Notes under the pieces: model-generated
Database searches by the model: none
Told to the model about the DNA's origin: nothing
The model's input: only the letters and a program-made list of their open reading frames with translations
Shown: piece after piece, positions 1 through 10,437 of the stretch
How the letters are laid out: each line of letters starts with the position of its first letter
Position numbering within the stretch: position 1 is the first letter of the stretch
Assembly: GCF_009931435.1 (NCBI RefSeq)
Contig: NZ_CP043414.1
Length of the DNA stretch: 64,000 nt
Direction: 5' to 3' (one strand)
Origin: Escherichia coli
GTDB taxonomy: Bacteria; Pseudomonadota; Gammaproteobacteria; Enterobacterales; Enterobacteriaceae
Position numbers and translations under genes: made by a program

Positions 1-697
1 TCAGGGGTTCACCAAAGCGATAGATGAAGCTGAACTGGTGGCGCTCGGCAAAGAGCTGGATGTTCCCGTAGTGACTGATTTAGGCAGTGGCTCGCTGGTT
101 GATCTTAGCCAGTACGGTTTGCCGAAAGAGCCAATGCCGCAGGAGTTGATTGCGGCGGGTGTCAGTCTGGTGAGCTTCTCCGGCGACAAGCTGTTAGGCG
201 GGCCGCAGGCAGGAATTATTGTTGGTAAAAAAGAGATGATCGCCCGCCTGCAAAGCCACCCGCTGAAGCGTGCATTACGCGCGGATAAAATGACCCTCGC
301 GGCGCTGGAAGCCACGTTGCGTCTTTATCTACACCCTGAAGCACTGAGTGAAAAATTACCGACTCTGCGTCTGCTTACCCGCAGCGCAGAGGTCATTCAA
401 ATCCAGGCACAACGTTTACAGGCCCCCCTTGCCGCACATTACGGCGCGGAGTTTGCGGTACAGGTTATGCCATGTCTTTCGCAGATTGGCAGTGGTTCGC
501 TGCCGGTTGATCGCCTGCCGAGCGCGGCATTAACGTTTACACCCCATGATGGACGCGGTAGCCACCTTGAGTCATTAGCCGCCCGCTGGCGTGAATTGCC
601 AGTGCCGGTGATTGGTCGTATTTATGACGGACGATTGTGGCTGGATTTACGCTGCCTTGAAGATGAGCAACGGTTTTTGGAGATGTTGTTGAAATGA
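1..697 (+). CDS. selA: L-seryl-tRNA(Sec) selenium transferase, C-terminal part (5' end lies outside the window)
   Basis: Open frame from the window edge to TGA at 695-697; translation matches SelA C-terminus as I recall it; stop overlaps selB start (ATGA); synteny with selB. Confidence 0.85.
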
Positions 698-2538
698 TTA
701 TTGCGACTGCCGGACACGTTGACCACGGCAAAACGACCTTATTGCAGGCGATTACTGGCGTAAATGCCGATCGTCTGCCGGAAGAAAAAAAGCGCGGCAT
801 GACCATCGATCTCGGCTATGCCTACTGGCCGCAGCCGGATGGTCGTGTTCCGGGTTTTATCGACGTTCCCGGTCATGAAAAGTTTCTTTCCAACATGCTG
901 GCGGGCGTCGGGGGTATCGATCACGCGCTGTTGGTGGTGGCGTGCGATGACGGCGTGATGGCACAGACTCGTGAGCATCTGGCGATTTTGCAGCTGACCG
1001 GTAACCCGATGCTGACAGTGGCGCTGACCAAAGCCGATCGCGTGGACGAAACGCGTGTTGATGAAGTTGAACGCCAGGTAAAGGAGGTGCTGCGGGAATA
1101 CGGTTTTGCTGAGGCAAAACTGTTTATCACCGCAGCAACCGAAGGCCGGGGAATTGATGCCCTGCGCGAGCATCTGCTTCAGTTACCAGAACGTGAACAC
1201 GCCAGCCAACATAGCTTCCGCCTCGCTATCGACCGTGCTTTTACCGTAAAAGGTGCCGGGCTGGTCGTCACCGGTACGGCGTTAAGTGGGGAAGTGAAGG
1301 TAGGCGATTCACTCTGGCTGACTGGTGTAAATAAACCGATGCGCGTGCGTGCGCTGCATGCGCAAAATCAGCCAACAAATGCAGCTCATGCCGGGCAGCG
1401 TATTGCGCTTAACATCGCGGGTGATGCGGAAAAAGAACAGATTAACCGTGGGGACTGGTTGCTTGCCGATGCGCCGCCGGAGCCGTTTACGCGGGTGATA
1501 GTCGAGCTTCAAACTCATACACCGTTGACCCAGTGGCAGCCGCTGCATATTCACCACGCCGCCAGCCACGTTACGGGACGCGTTTCGCTGCTGGAAGATA
1601 ACCTTGCCGAGTTGGTGTTCGACACGCCGCTGTGGCTGGCAGATAACGATCGCTTAGTGCTACGCGATATCTCGGCCCGCAACACGCTGGCGGGGGCGCG
1701 CGTGGTGATGCTTAACCCGCCGCGTCGCGGTAAGCGTAAGCCGGAATATCTGCAATGGCTGGCGTCTCTTGCACGGGCGCAGAGCGATGCCGATGCGTTA
1801 GCTATTCATCTGGAACGCGGAGCGGTTAACCTTGCTGATTTCGCCTGGGCGCGCCAGCTCAACGGCGAAGGGATGCGTGAACTGCTGCAGCAACCGGGCT
1901 ATATTCAGGCCGGTTACAGCTTGCTGAATGCACCGGTTGCCGCTCGTTGGCAGCGGAAAATTCTCGATACCCTGGCGACTTATCATGAGCAGCATCGCGA
2001 TGAACCAGGTCCTGGGCGCGAGCGTCTGCGGCGCATGGCGTTGCCAATGGAAGATGAAGCGCTGGTGCTGTTGCTGATTGAAAAGATGCGCGAAAGCGGC
2101 GACATCCTCAGTCATCACGGTTGGCTGCATCTGCCGGATCATAAAGCGGGATTCAGCGAAGAGCAGCAGGCTATCTGGCAAAAAGCGGAGCCGCTGTTTG
2201 GTGACGAGCCGTGGTGGGTGCGTGACCTGGCAAAAGAGACGGGAATCGACGAGCAGGCAATGCGTTTGACGCTACGCCAGGCGGCCCAACAGGGGATAAT
2301 CACTGCGATCGTCAAAGATCGTTATTACCGTAACGATCGGATTGTCGAATTTGCCAATATGATCCGCGATCTCGATCAGGAATGTGGTTCAACCTGCGCG
2401 GCGGATTTCCGCGATCGCTTAGGCGTAGGCCGAAAGCTGGCAATTCAAATTCTGGAATATTTTGACCGTATTGGCTTTACGCGTCGCCGTGGAAATGATC
2501 ATTTATTGCGCGACGCATTATTATTTCCAGAAAAATAA
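694..2538 (+). CDS. selB: Selenocysteine-specific translation elongation factor
   Basis: 614-aa ORF; N-terminal GTPase P-loop [11 protein letters not shown] and DVPGHEKF motifs; start overlaps selA stop. Confidence 0.93.
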
Positions 2539-2598
2539 GGGAACGATTAATTCATAATAAATATGAATTAATACAAAGTTCTTATTAATGTTAAGGAA

Positions 2599-2630
2599 GC
2601 ACGTTATTTGATGAATGTAACGTGCTTTTT
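2599..2630 (+). terminator. Putative rho-independent terminator after selB
   Basis: Inverted repeat gcacgtta...taacgtgc followed by a T5 run. Confidence 0.45.
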
Positions 2631-2727
2631 ATTAAAAATATTTTAATAAACGGTAATGTTGATCATATTTTCAAATGAAAATCCTCAGTAAGCTGCCGGC
2701 CCTTTTTTACTCTTTCAGGAGTGTGTT

Positions 2728-3879
2728 ATGGCAGCTTCAACCTTTTTTATTCCTTCCGTGAATGTTATTGGTGCTGATTCATTGAATGATGCAATGAATA
2801 TGATGGCAGATTATGGATTTACCCGTACCTTAATTGTCACTGACAATATGTTAACGAAATTGGGTATGGCGGGCGATGTGCAAAAAGCACTGGAAGAGCG
2901 CAATATTTTTAGCGTTATTTATGATGGCACCCAGCCTAACCCAACCACGGAAAACGTCGCCGCAGGTTTGAAATTACTTAAAGAAAATAATTGCGATAGC
3001 GTAATCTCCCTGGGCGGTGGTTCTCCGCACGACTGTGCAAAAGGTATTGCGTTGGTTGCAGCTAACGGCGGCGATATCCGCGATTATGAAGGCGTTGACC
3101 GCTCTGCAAAACCGCAGTTGCCGATGATCGCCATCAACACCACGGCGGGTACGGCATCAGAAATGACCCGTTTTTGCATCATCACCGATGAAGCACGTCA
3201 CATCAAAATGGCGATTGTGGATAAGCACGTCACTCCGCTGCTTTCTGTCAATGACTCCTCGCTGATGATCGGTATGCCGAAGTCACTGACCGCTGCAACG
3301 GGTATGGATGCCTTAACGCACGCTATCGAAGCGTATGTGTCTATTGCCGCCACGCCGATCACCGACGCTTGCGCACTGAAAGCGGTGACTATGATTGCCG
3401 AAAACCTGCCCTTAGCCGTTGAAGATGGCAGCAATGAGAAAGCGCGCGAAGCAATGGCTTACGCTCAGTTCCTCGCGGGTATGGCGTTCAACAATGCGTC
3501 TCTGGGTTATGTTCATGCGATGGCGCACCAGTTAGGTGGTTTCTACAATCTGCCGCACGGTGTATGTAACGCCGTTCTGCTGCCGCACGTTCAGGTATTC
3601 AACAGTAAAGTCGCTGCTGCACGTTTGCGTGACTGCGCTGCCGCGATGGGTGTTAACGTGACAGGTAAAAACGACGCGGAAGGTGCAGAAGCCTGCATCA
3701 ATGCCATCCGTGAACTGGCGAAGAAAGTGAATATCCCGGCAGGCTTGCGTGACCTGAACGTGAAAGAAGAAGATTTCGCGGTACTGGCGACCAATGCCCT
3801 GAAAGATGCCTGCGGCTTTACTAACCCGATTCAGGCAACTCACGAAGAAATTGTGGCGATTTATCGCGCGGCGATGTAA
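2728..3879 (+). CDS. yiaY: Iron-containing alcohol dehydrogenase family protein
   Basis: 383-aa ORF; Fe-ADH family hallmarks (GGGSPHD motif, His-rich metal site HAIEAY/HAMAHQ); SD-like GGAG upstream; synteny. Confidence 0.9.
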   Translation: MAASTFFIPSVNVIGADSLNDAMNMMADYGFTRTLIVTDNMLTKLGMAGDVQKALEERNIFSVIYDGTQPNPTTENVAAGLKLLKENNCDSVISLGGGSPHDCAKGIALVAANGGDIRDYEGVDRSAKPQLPMIAINTTAGTASEMTRFCIITDEARHIKMAIVDKHVTPLLSVNDSSLMIGMPKSLTAATGMDALTHAIEAYVSIAATPITDACALKAVTMIAENLPLAVEDGSNEKAREAMAYAQFLAGMAFNNASLGYVHAMAHQLGGFYNLPHGVCNAVLLPHVQVFNSKVAAARLRDCAAAMGVNVTGKNDAEGAEACINAIRELAKKVNIPAGLRDLNVKEEDFAVLATNALKDACGFTNPIQATHEEIVAIYRAAM

Positions 3880-4079
3880 TCATCATTCCCACAATGGCTG
3901 GCTAATTGTCAGCCATTTTTTCAACTCTCTCAAAATTTGCGATTTTTGAGAGAGTTTTAGTTATCTCTGTAATCCTTGCCCGTAAATTCGTGATAGCCGT
4001 CGTAAAGCTATCACCAGCTGGCGAAGATTTCGCCAGTCACGTCTACCCTTGTTATACCTCACACCGCAAGGAGACGATC

Positions 4080-5618
4080 ATGACCAACAATCCCCCTTCA
4101 GCACAGATTAAGCCCGGCGAGTATGGCTTCCCCCTCAAGTTAAAAGCCCGCTATGACAACTTTATTGGCGGCGAATGGGTCGCGCCCGCCGACGGCGAGT
4201 ATTACCAGAACCTGACGCCGGTGACCGGGCAGCTACTGTGCGAAGTGGCGTCTTCGGGTAAACGAGATATCGATCTGGCGCTGGATGCTGCGCATAAAGT
4301 GAAAGATAAATGGGCGCATACTTCGGTGCAGGATCGCGCGGCGATTCTGTTTAAGATTGCCGATCGAATGGAGCAGAACCTCGAACTTTTAGCGACGGCT
4401 GAAACCTGGGATAACGGCAAACCCATTCGCGAAACCAGTGCTGCTGATGTGCCGCTGGCGATTGACCATTTTCGCTATTTTGCCTCGTGTATTCGGGCGC
4501 AGGAAGGTGGGATCAGTGAAGTTGATAGCGAAACTGTGGCTTATCACTTCCACGAACCGTTAGGCGTGGTGGGGCAGATTATCCCGTGGAACTTCCCGCT
4601 GCTGATGGCGAGCTGGAAAATGGCACCCGCGCTGGCGGCGGGCAACTGCGTGGTGCTGAAACCCGCACGACTCACTCCGCTTTCCGTTCTGCTGCTAATG
4701 GAAATTGTCGGTGATTTACTGCCGCCGGGCGTGGTGAACGTGGTCAACGGTGCGGGCGGAGAAATTGGCGAATATCTGGCGACCTCGAAACGCATCGCCA
4801 AAGTGGCGTTTACCGGCTCAACGGAAGTGGGCCAACAAATTATGCAATACGCTACGCAAAACATTATTCCGGTGACGCTGGAGCTGGGCGGCAAATCGCC
4901 AAATATCTTCTTTGCTGATGTGATGGATGAAGAAGATGCCTTTTTCGATAAAGCGCTGGAAGGCTTTGCACTGTTTGCTTTTAACCAGGGCGAAGTTTGC
5001 ACCTGTCCAAGTCGTGCCTTAGTTCAGGAGTCTATCTACGAACGCTTTATGGAGCGCGCCATCCGCCGTGTCGAAAGCATTCGCAGCGGTAACCCGCTCG
5101 ATAGCGTGACGCAAATGGGGGCGCAGGTTTCTCACGGGCAATTGGAAACCATCCTTAACTACATTGATATTGGTAAAAAAGAGGGCGCAGACGTGCTCAC
5201 CGGCGGGCGGCGCAAGCTGCTGGAAGGCGAACTGAAAGACGGCTACTACCTCGAACCGACGATTCTGTTTGGTCAGAATAATATGCGCGTGTTCCAGGAA
5301 GAAATTTTTGGTCCGGTGCTGGCGGTAACCACCTTCAAAACGATGGAAGAAGCGCTGGAGCTGGCGAACGACACGCAATATGGCCTGGGCGCGGGTGTCT
5401 GGAGCCGCAACGGTAATCTGGCCTATAAGATGGGGCGCGGTATTCAGGCAGGGCGCGTGTGGACCAACTGTTATCACGCTTACCCGGCACATGCGGCGTT
5501 TGGTGGCTACAAACAATCAGGCATTGGCCGCGAAACCCACAAAATGATGCTTGAGCATTACCAGCAAACCAAGTGCCTGCTGGTGAGCTACTCGGATAAA
5601 CCGTTGGGGCTGTTCTGA
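4080..5618 (+). CDS. aldB: NADP-dependent aldehyde dehydrogenase
   Basis: 512-aa product from ATG at 4080 (the track ORF extends upstream in frame); preceded by AAGGAG; ALDH catalytic motifs ([16 protein letters not shown]). Confidence 0.9.
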   Translation: MTNNPPSAQIKPGEYGFPLKLKARYDNFIGGEWVAPADGEYYQNLTPVTGQLLCEVASSGKRDIDLALDAAHKVKDKWAHTSVQDRAAILFKIADRMEQNLELLATAETWDNGKPIRETSAADVPLAIDHFRYFASCIRAQEGGISEVDSETVAYHFHEPLGVVGQIIPWNFPLLMASWKMAPALAAGNCVVLKPARLTPLSVLLLMEIVGDLLPPGVVNVVNGAGGEIGEYLATSKRIAKVAFTGSTEVGQQIMQYATQNIIPVTLELGGKSPNIFFADVMDEEDAFFDKALEGFALFAFNQGEVCTCPSRALVQESIYERFMERAIRRVESIRSGNPLDSVTQMGAQVSHGQLETILNYIDIGKKEGADVLTGGRRKLLEGELKDGYYLEPTILFGQNNMRVFQEEIFGPVLAVTTFKTMEEALELANDTQYGLGAGVWSRNGNLAYKMGRGIQAGRVWTNCYHAYPAHAAFGGYKQSGIGRETHKMMLEHYQQTKCLLVSYSDKPLGLF

Positions 5619-5627
5619 TGTAAGAAG

Positions 5628-5664
5628 CTGGTCGCATCGGGTATTCATTGCCTGATGCGACGCT
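5628..5664. repeat. REP-like palindromic element / aldB terminator hairpin
   Basis: gtcgcatc...gatgcgac inverted repeat containing the REP consensus-like GCCTGATGCGACGC. Confidence 0.5.
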
Positions 5665-5895
5665 TTCGCGTTTTACCAATTCAAATGTCTACGTCTTGAA
5701 TGACTGAATATTGATTGAACTTAATTACGAGTCTCCTCGCATCTTTTCAACAAGTTACTGCACACCGTTATTCTTCTTCCGAACGGCATTCCTGAGTCAA
5801 CTTTATCCCCCTGACGGCCCATATAAATCGCGCTATCGTGATTGTTATTGCTAAATGTGTGTGTGTCGTGTGTATAATCATGGAAGGGCAGGGAT

Positions 5896-6081
5896 GTGAA
5901 AAGTGCAGACGTGATCGCCATCCTGAAGCAGCATGGCTGGGAACATATTCGAACCCGTGGTAGTCATCATCAGTTCCGCCACCCTGTTCATCCGGGTCTG
6001 GTGACGGTTCCGCACCCTAAAAAAGATATTAAGCCCGGTACGCTGGCGCAAATTGGGCGTCAGGCTGGTTTAACATTTTAA
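5896..6081 (+). CDS. HicA-family mRNA interferase toxin (predicted)
   Basis: 61-aa ORF with GTG start; motif RTRGSHHQFRHP and C-terminal PHPKKDIKPGTLAQIGRQAGL resemble the HicA/YcfA family; 16 nt upstream of a HicB-like ORF; TATAAT at 5873-5878. Confidence 0.6.
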   Translation: MKSADVIAILKQHGWEHIRTRGSHHQFRHPVHPGLVTVPHPKKDIKPGTLAQIGRQAGLTF

Positions 6082-6097
6082 AATTTCAGGAGGCAAT

Positions 6098-6508
6098 ATG
6101 TTTTATCCCGCCTATATCCACAGTGATCCTGACGGCAGCGCCAGCGGTTTTTTCCCTGATGTTCCAGGCTGTTATTTTGCTGGTGATACGCTGGACAACG
6201 CTTTCCAGGATGCGCGAAGTGCACTGGTCGCGCACTTCGAAACCTTATGCGAGATGAATGAAGAGTTGCCGCTTCCAGGCTCTGTGGAAACACATCTGGT
6301 CCAGCGTGCGCAGGACTTTATTGGCGGGCAATGGTTGCTGGTGGATATCAATATGAATCAGTTCGAAGGTCGGGCTGAACGTATCAATATTACGATGCCG
6401 AAAAGATTACTGAACAAGATTGATACCTACGTGCGCAATAACCCAGACTACGCCAACAGAAGTGCGTTTCTGGCGGAAGCTGCCCGGCGTGTATTGCCGG
6501 GCGTTTAA
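6098..6508 (+). CDS. HicB-family antitoxin with C-terminal ribbon-helix-helix domain (predicted)
   Basis: 136-aa ORF; N-terminal HicB-like fold signature (YPAYIHSDPDGSASGFFPDVPGCYFAGDT...ELPLP); C-terminal RHH-like segment INITMPKRLLNKIDTYV...NRSAFLAEAARRVL; SD AGGAGG 6 nt upstream of ATG. Confidence 0.6.
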   Translation: MFYPAYIHSDPDGSASGFFPDVPGCYFAGDTLDNAFQDARSALVAHFETLCEMNEELPLPGSVETHLVQRAQDFIGGQWLLVDINMNQFEGRAERINITMPKRLLNKIDTYVRNNPDYANRSAFLAEAARRVLPGV

Positions 6509-6840
6509 TCTCGCGTTTCGATGGTGAGCGGGCGGACCAGGCTGTACAGCCACAGACCAAAACAAGCGATGGTGCCAATCACCACGGTGAGGAACACACT
6601 GACTGACAGGCCTGCAAGCAATCCCGCAGGCAGGGCCAGCAGGCCGTGGATCACGGTGTCGTTCCATCTCACCTGATCGTAGCCAAACATGCCTAAAACG
6701 CCGCAAACCAGACCGTAAATCACCATTGGTGTTCCGAGGCCAATCAGCAATAAACGGTAGATAATTGAAGGTTTAATACGCTTTATCTGTACTGTGGATG
6801 TTTTACTGGGGTTATTCATTAGTTTGGTCAATAGTTCCAT
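6505..6840 (-). CDS. Hypothetical small inner-membrane protein (two or three predicted TM helices)
   Basis: 111-aa product from ATG at 6840 inside a 127-aa ORF; hydrophobic stretches IIYRLLLIGLGTPMVIYGLVCGVLGMF and LLALPAGLLAGLSVSVFLTVVIGTIACFGLWLY; convergent with the hicB-like gene and overlapping its 3' end by 4 nt. Confidence 0.4.
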   Translation of the reverse strand: MELLTKLMNNPSKTSTVQIKRIKPSIIYRLLLIGLGTPMVIYGLVCGVLGMFGYDQVRWNDTVIHGLLALPAGLLAGLSVSVFLTVVIGTIACFGLWLYSLVRPLTIETRD

Positions 6841-7001
6841 TATTTCAATATGATAAACCTCGACCTGTTGAAAAGCCAGGTAGCACACTTCAGAAAGTAT
6901 ATAAAAAACAATATGTCGTTATATAAATAAGGAAATTGCACTGCATCATGGCATTTCATAATATGCGTTAATTGTTCTTTTTTATATTCTCTGAGGGAAA
7001 T

Positions 7002-7325
7002 ATGTTCCTGGACTATTTTGCACTGGGAGTGCTTATTTTTGTATTTCTGGTGATATTCTATGGGATTATTATTTTACATGATATTCCCTACCTGATTGCT
7101 AAAAAACGTAATCATCCTCATGCCGACGCCATTCATGTTGCTGGTTGGGTGAGTCTTTTTACGCTGCATGTTATCTGGCCATTTTTGTGGATTTGGGCCA
7201 CGCTTTACCGCCCGGAGCGGGGATGGGGAATGCAAAACCATGACTCCTCCGTTGTGCAACTACAACAGCGTATTGCCGGGCTGGAGAAACAGCTCGCCGA
7301 CATCAAATCCTCTTCTGCCGAGTAA
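7002..7325 (+). CDS. yiaW: Small inner-membrane protein (DUF3302 family)
   Basis: 107-aa product from ATG at 7002 with GAGGGAAA SD; membrane helices; immediately followed by yiaV. Confidence 0.85.
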   Translation: MFLDYFALGVLIFVFLVIFYGIIILHDIPYLIAKKRNHPHADAIHVAGWVSLFTLHVIWPFLWIWATLYRPERGWGMQNHDSSVVQLQQRIAGLEKQLADIKSSSAE

Positions 7326-7330
7326 TACTT

Positions 7331-8467
7331 ATGGATTTACTGATTATTTTGACCTATGTGGCTTTCGCATGGGCAATGTTTAAGATCTTCAAAATTCCTG
7401 TAAATAAATGGACCATTCCCACCGCGGCCCTGGGTGGCATATTTATTGTCAGCGGTCTAATTCTGTTAATGAACTATAACCATCCGTATACCTTTAAAGC
7501 GCAAAAAGCGGTTATTTCTATTCCTGTTGTCCCGCAGGTGACAGGCGTGGTGATCGAAGTGACGGACAAGAAAAATACGCTGATTAAAAAAGGTGAGGTG
7601 CTATTTCGACTGGACCCGACGCGTTATCAGGCGCGGGTGGATCGGCTGATGGCGGATATCGTTACCGCAGAACATAAACAGCGGGCGTTGGGCGCAGAGT
7701 TAGATGAGATGGCGGCGAATACTCAGCAGGCAAAGGCCACGCGGGATAAATTCGCTAAAGAGTACCAGCGTTACGCACGCGGCAGCCAGGCGAAAGTAAA
7801 CCCGTTTTCAGAACGCGATATTGATGTGGCGCGGCAAAATTATCTGGCGCAGGAAGCCTCCGTAAAGTCATCGGCGGCGGAACAAAAACAGATCCAGAGC
7901 CAGCTGGATAGCCTGGTGTTGGGTGAACATTCTCAAATCGCCAGCCTGAAAGCGCAGCTCGCGGAAGCAAAATATAACCTTGAGCAGACGATAGTGCGTG
8001 CGCCGAGCGATGGTTATGTGACCCAAGTGCTGATTCGTCCGGGTACCTATGCCGCATCGCTGCCGCTACGTCCTGTGATGGTGTTTATACCCGATCAGAA
8101 ACGACAAATTGTGGCGCAGTTCCGTCAGAACTCCTTGCTGCGACTGGCTCCCGGCGATGATGCGGAAGTGGTGTTTAATGCTCTGCCAGGTAAGGTATTC
8201 AGCGGTAAGCTGGCAGCCATTAGTCCAGCTGTTCCCGGCGGAGCTTATCAGTCGACCGGCACCTTACAGACGTTAAACACAGCATCGGGTTCAGATGGCG
8301 TTATCGCGACCATTGAACTGGATGAGCACACTGAGTTGAGCGCTTTACCAGACGGTATTTACGCCCAGGTGGCGGTTTACTCTGATCATTTCAGCCATGT
8401 CTCGGTGATGCGCAAAGTGCTGTTACGCATGACCAGTTGGGTGCATTACCTTTATCTCGATCATTAA
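7331..8467 (+). CDS. yiaV: HlyD/EmrA-type membrane fusion (periplasmic adaptor) protein
   Basis: 378-aa ORF; N-terminal TM anchor, long coiled-coil region, C-terminal beta-barrel typical of membrane fusion proteins. Confidence 0.85.
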   Translation: MDLLIILTYVAFAWAMFKIFKIPVNKWTIPTAALGGIFIVSGLILLMNYNHPYTFKAQKAVISIPVVPQVTGVVIEVTDKKNTLIKKGEVLFRLDPTRYQARVDRLMADIVTAEHKQRALGAELDEMAANTQQAKATRDKFAKEYQRYARGSQAKVNPFSERDIDVARQNYLAQEASVKSSAAEQKQIQSQLDSLVLGEHSQIASLKAQLAEAKYNLEQTIVRAPSDGYVTQVLIRPGTYAASLPLRPVMVFIPDQKRQIVAQFRQNSLLRLAPGDDAEVVFNALPGKVFSGKLAAISPAVPGGAYQSTGTLQTLNTASGSDGVIATIELDEHTELSALPDGIYAQVAVYSDHFSHVSVMRKVLLRMTSWVHYLYLDH

Positions 8468-9438
8468 TCTTCGCTTTCCGCCGCTTGTTCAGGCCGCAGT
8501 TGCTGCGACTGAGCAAGCTGGTGGCGAATTTCACGCAGCATTTCATCCAGCACATACTGGACCCGCCAGGGCTGGTATTCCCGTTTACGGAAGATAGCCA
8601 CCAGATCCAGCCACCATTCATACGGTTGCTGAAAGCAGGGCACCAGCGTGCCGTCTTGCAGGTCGCTCTGCACACTTTTGTCTGGCGCAAACACAATCCC
8701 CAGGTGATTTCGTGCCAGCTCCAGCGCCGATTGCGTGTTGTCGCAAACGTAATTTCCCTTCACGCGATAATCCCGCACCTCTTTACTCCCGGCGACGTTG
8801 AAGCGCCAGATATTCGCGTCGTCGATCATCATCGAGTCGATCAAAATACAGGAGTGATGTTCGAGTTCGTCAGGACGGCTAATGGGATGTTTCGCAAGAT
8901 AGCGCTGACTGGCATAAGCGGTTACGGCATATTGCGTAATAAAACTGGCAACCAGCGATTCATCTTTTGGTGGAGCATAGCTGATTAAAACATCACAATC
9001 ATCGGGAAATTCGACACCTTCATAAAAGGCATTACGCTCAAGATTGCAGGTTTTTAGCGATAAGGTGATATCACCGATATCTTTAATTTTATCGATAACA
9101 TGTTTGGATAAATAGGTAATTATGCCGGTTGGGGCGTAGATGGTGACCCGACCACGTTTCTCATGCTTATAATCTGCAATAAAATTATTAAGTTGCTCGT
9201 TTCTGTCCAGCATGTCGTTGATGTACGGTAACAGCGCGGTACCAAAAGGTGTGAGCATCAGCTGCCGGGTGGTTCGGTCAAAGACTTTTAAACCTACTTT
9301 TGATTCAAAATCAGCAAGATATTTGCTGACGTTGGCCTGTGCGAATCCAAGTACAGTCGCGGCATGGCTGATATTTTCACTGGCAGCGATTACCGAGATA
9401 ATTTTTAACTCCCGGTACTTAAGTTGTAATTTTGTCAT
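8464..9438 (-). CDS. yiaU: LysR-family transcriptional regulator
   Basis: 324-aa ORF; N-terminal HTH ([19 protein letters not shown]) and LysR substrate-binding domain; divergent from yiaT. Confidence 0.85.
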   Translation of the reverse strand: MTKLQLKYRELKIISVIAASENISHAATVLGFAQANVSKYLADFESKVGLKVFDRTTRQLMLTPFGTALLPYINDMLDRNEQLNNFIADYKHEKRGRVTIYAPTGIITYLSKHVIDKIKDIGDITLSLKTCNLERNAFYEGVEFPDDCDVLISYAPPKDESLVASFITQYAVTAYASQRYLAKHPISRPDELEHHSCILIDSMMIDDANIWRFNVAGSKEVRDYRVKGNYVCDNTQSALELARNHLGIVFAPDKSVQSDLQDGTLVPCFQQPYEWWLDLVAIFRKREYQPWRVQYVLDEMLREIRHQLAQSQQLRPEQAAESED

Positions 9439-9561
9439 CGCAACAGCCCAATTATATATAATTTTATATATTACTATATAAATATGAATCTTGCACCGGA
9501 GAAATTGTAAGCATTATTATGCCGACTCTTTTTTATCTTATTTTAAAATGGAATACCGGAC

Positions 9562-10302
9562 ATGTTAATTAACCGCAATATTGTGGCGTTATTTACGTTG
9601 CCTTTTATGGCAAGCGCAACTGCTTCTGAATTATCCATTGGTGCTGGTGCAGCTTATAATGAATCGCCTTATCGTGGTTATAATGAAAATACAAAGGCAA
9701 TTCCGCTGATTAGTTATGAAGGTGATTCATTTTATGTTCGTCAGACCACGTTAGGTTTTATTCTGTCGCAAAGTGAAAAAAATGAACTTAGCCTGACCGC
9801 ATCCTGGATGCCGCTGGAATTTGACCCTGCAGATAATGACGATCATGCCATGCAACAGCTTGATAAGCGTGATAGTACGGCTATGGCGGGGGTTGCCTGG
9901 TATCACCACGAGCGTTGGGGAACCGTGAAAGCCTCTGCGGCTGCGGACGTTCTGGATAACAGCAACGGCTGGGTGGGGGAGCTATCGGTATTTCACAAAA
10001 TGCAGATAGGTCGCCTGTCGCTGACACCTGCACTGGGCGTTCTCTATTATGACGAGAATTTCAGTGACTATTACTATGGCATTTCAGAGAGTGAGTCCCG
10101 TCGTAGCGGTCTGGCAAGTTATTCCGCGCAGGATGCCTGGGTGCCCTATGTCAGCCTGACGGCAAAATACCCGATAGGAGAGCACATCGTATTGATGGCG
10201 AGTGCCGGATACAGCGAGCTGCCGGAAGAGATTACCGACAGCCCGATGATTGATCGTAATGAGAGTTTTACCTTTGTCACCGGCGTGAGCTGGCGTTTTT
10301 AA
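9562..10302 (+). CDS. yiaT: MipA/OmpV-family outer membrane protein
   Basis: 246-aa ORF with signal peptide (ALFTLPFMASATA) and C-terminal aromatic residue typical of OM beta-barrels. Confidence 0.85.
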   Translation: MLINRNIVALFTLPFMASATASELSIGAGAAYNESPYRGYNENTKAIPLISYEGDSFYVRQTTLGFILSQSEKNELSLTASWMPLEFDPADNDDHAMQQLDKRDSTAMAGVAWYHHERWGTVKASAAADVLDNSNGWVGELSVFHKMQIGRLSLTPALGVLYYDENFSDYYYGISESESRRSGLASYSAQDAWVPYVSLTAKYPIGEHIVLMASAGYSELPEEITDSPMIDRNESFTFVTGVSWRF

Positions 10303-10349
10303 TTTACCGGTGGATGTCGGTGCGGCTGGCCTACGCTCTCGCACTGACC

Positions 10350-10437
10350 TTCAGGCTTGATAAGACGCGTTAAGCGTCGCATCAGGCAATGTGCACCCTA
10401 CGTTGGATGCGGCGCGAGCGCCTTATCCAACCTACGG
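10350..10437. repeat. REP/BIME palindromic repeat cluster
   Basis: Tandem REP-like units (GATAAGACGCGTTAAGCGTCGCATCAGGC; GGATGCGGCGCGAGCGCCTTATCC) between yiaT and the GH127-like gene. Confidence 0.6.

Noticed and set aside
3906-4079. Upstream in-frame extension of aldB (570-aa ORF)
   Set aside because: The ATG at 4080 is preceded by AAGGAG and gives the expected 512-aa ALDH; the extension lacks an RBS
5019-5679. Minus-strand ORFs (165 aa and 114 aa) antisense to the aldB 3' region
   Set aside because: Shadow ORFs inside a confidently assigned aldehyde dehydrogenase gene; no RBS or recognisable domain
8437-8988. 183-aa plus-strand ORF overlapping the yiaV 3' end and yiaU
   Set aside because: Antisense to the LysR-type regulator gene yiaU, whose HTH and effector domains are clear; no independent support
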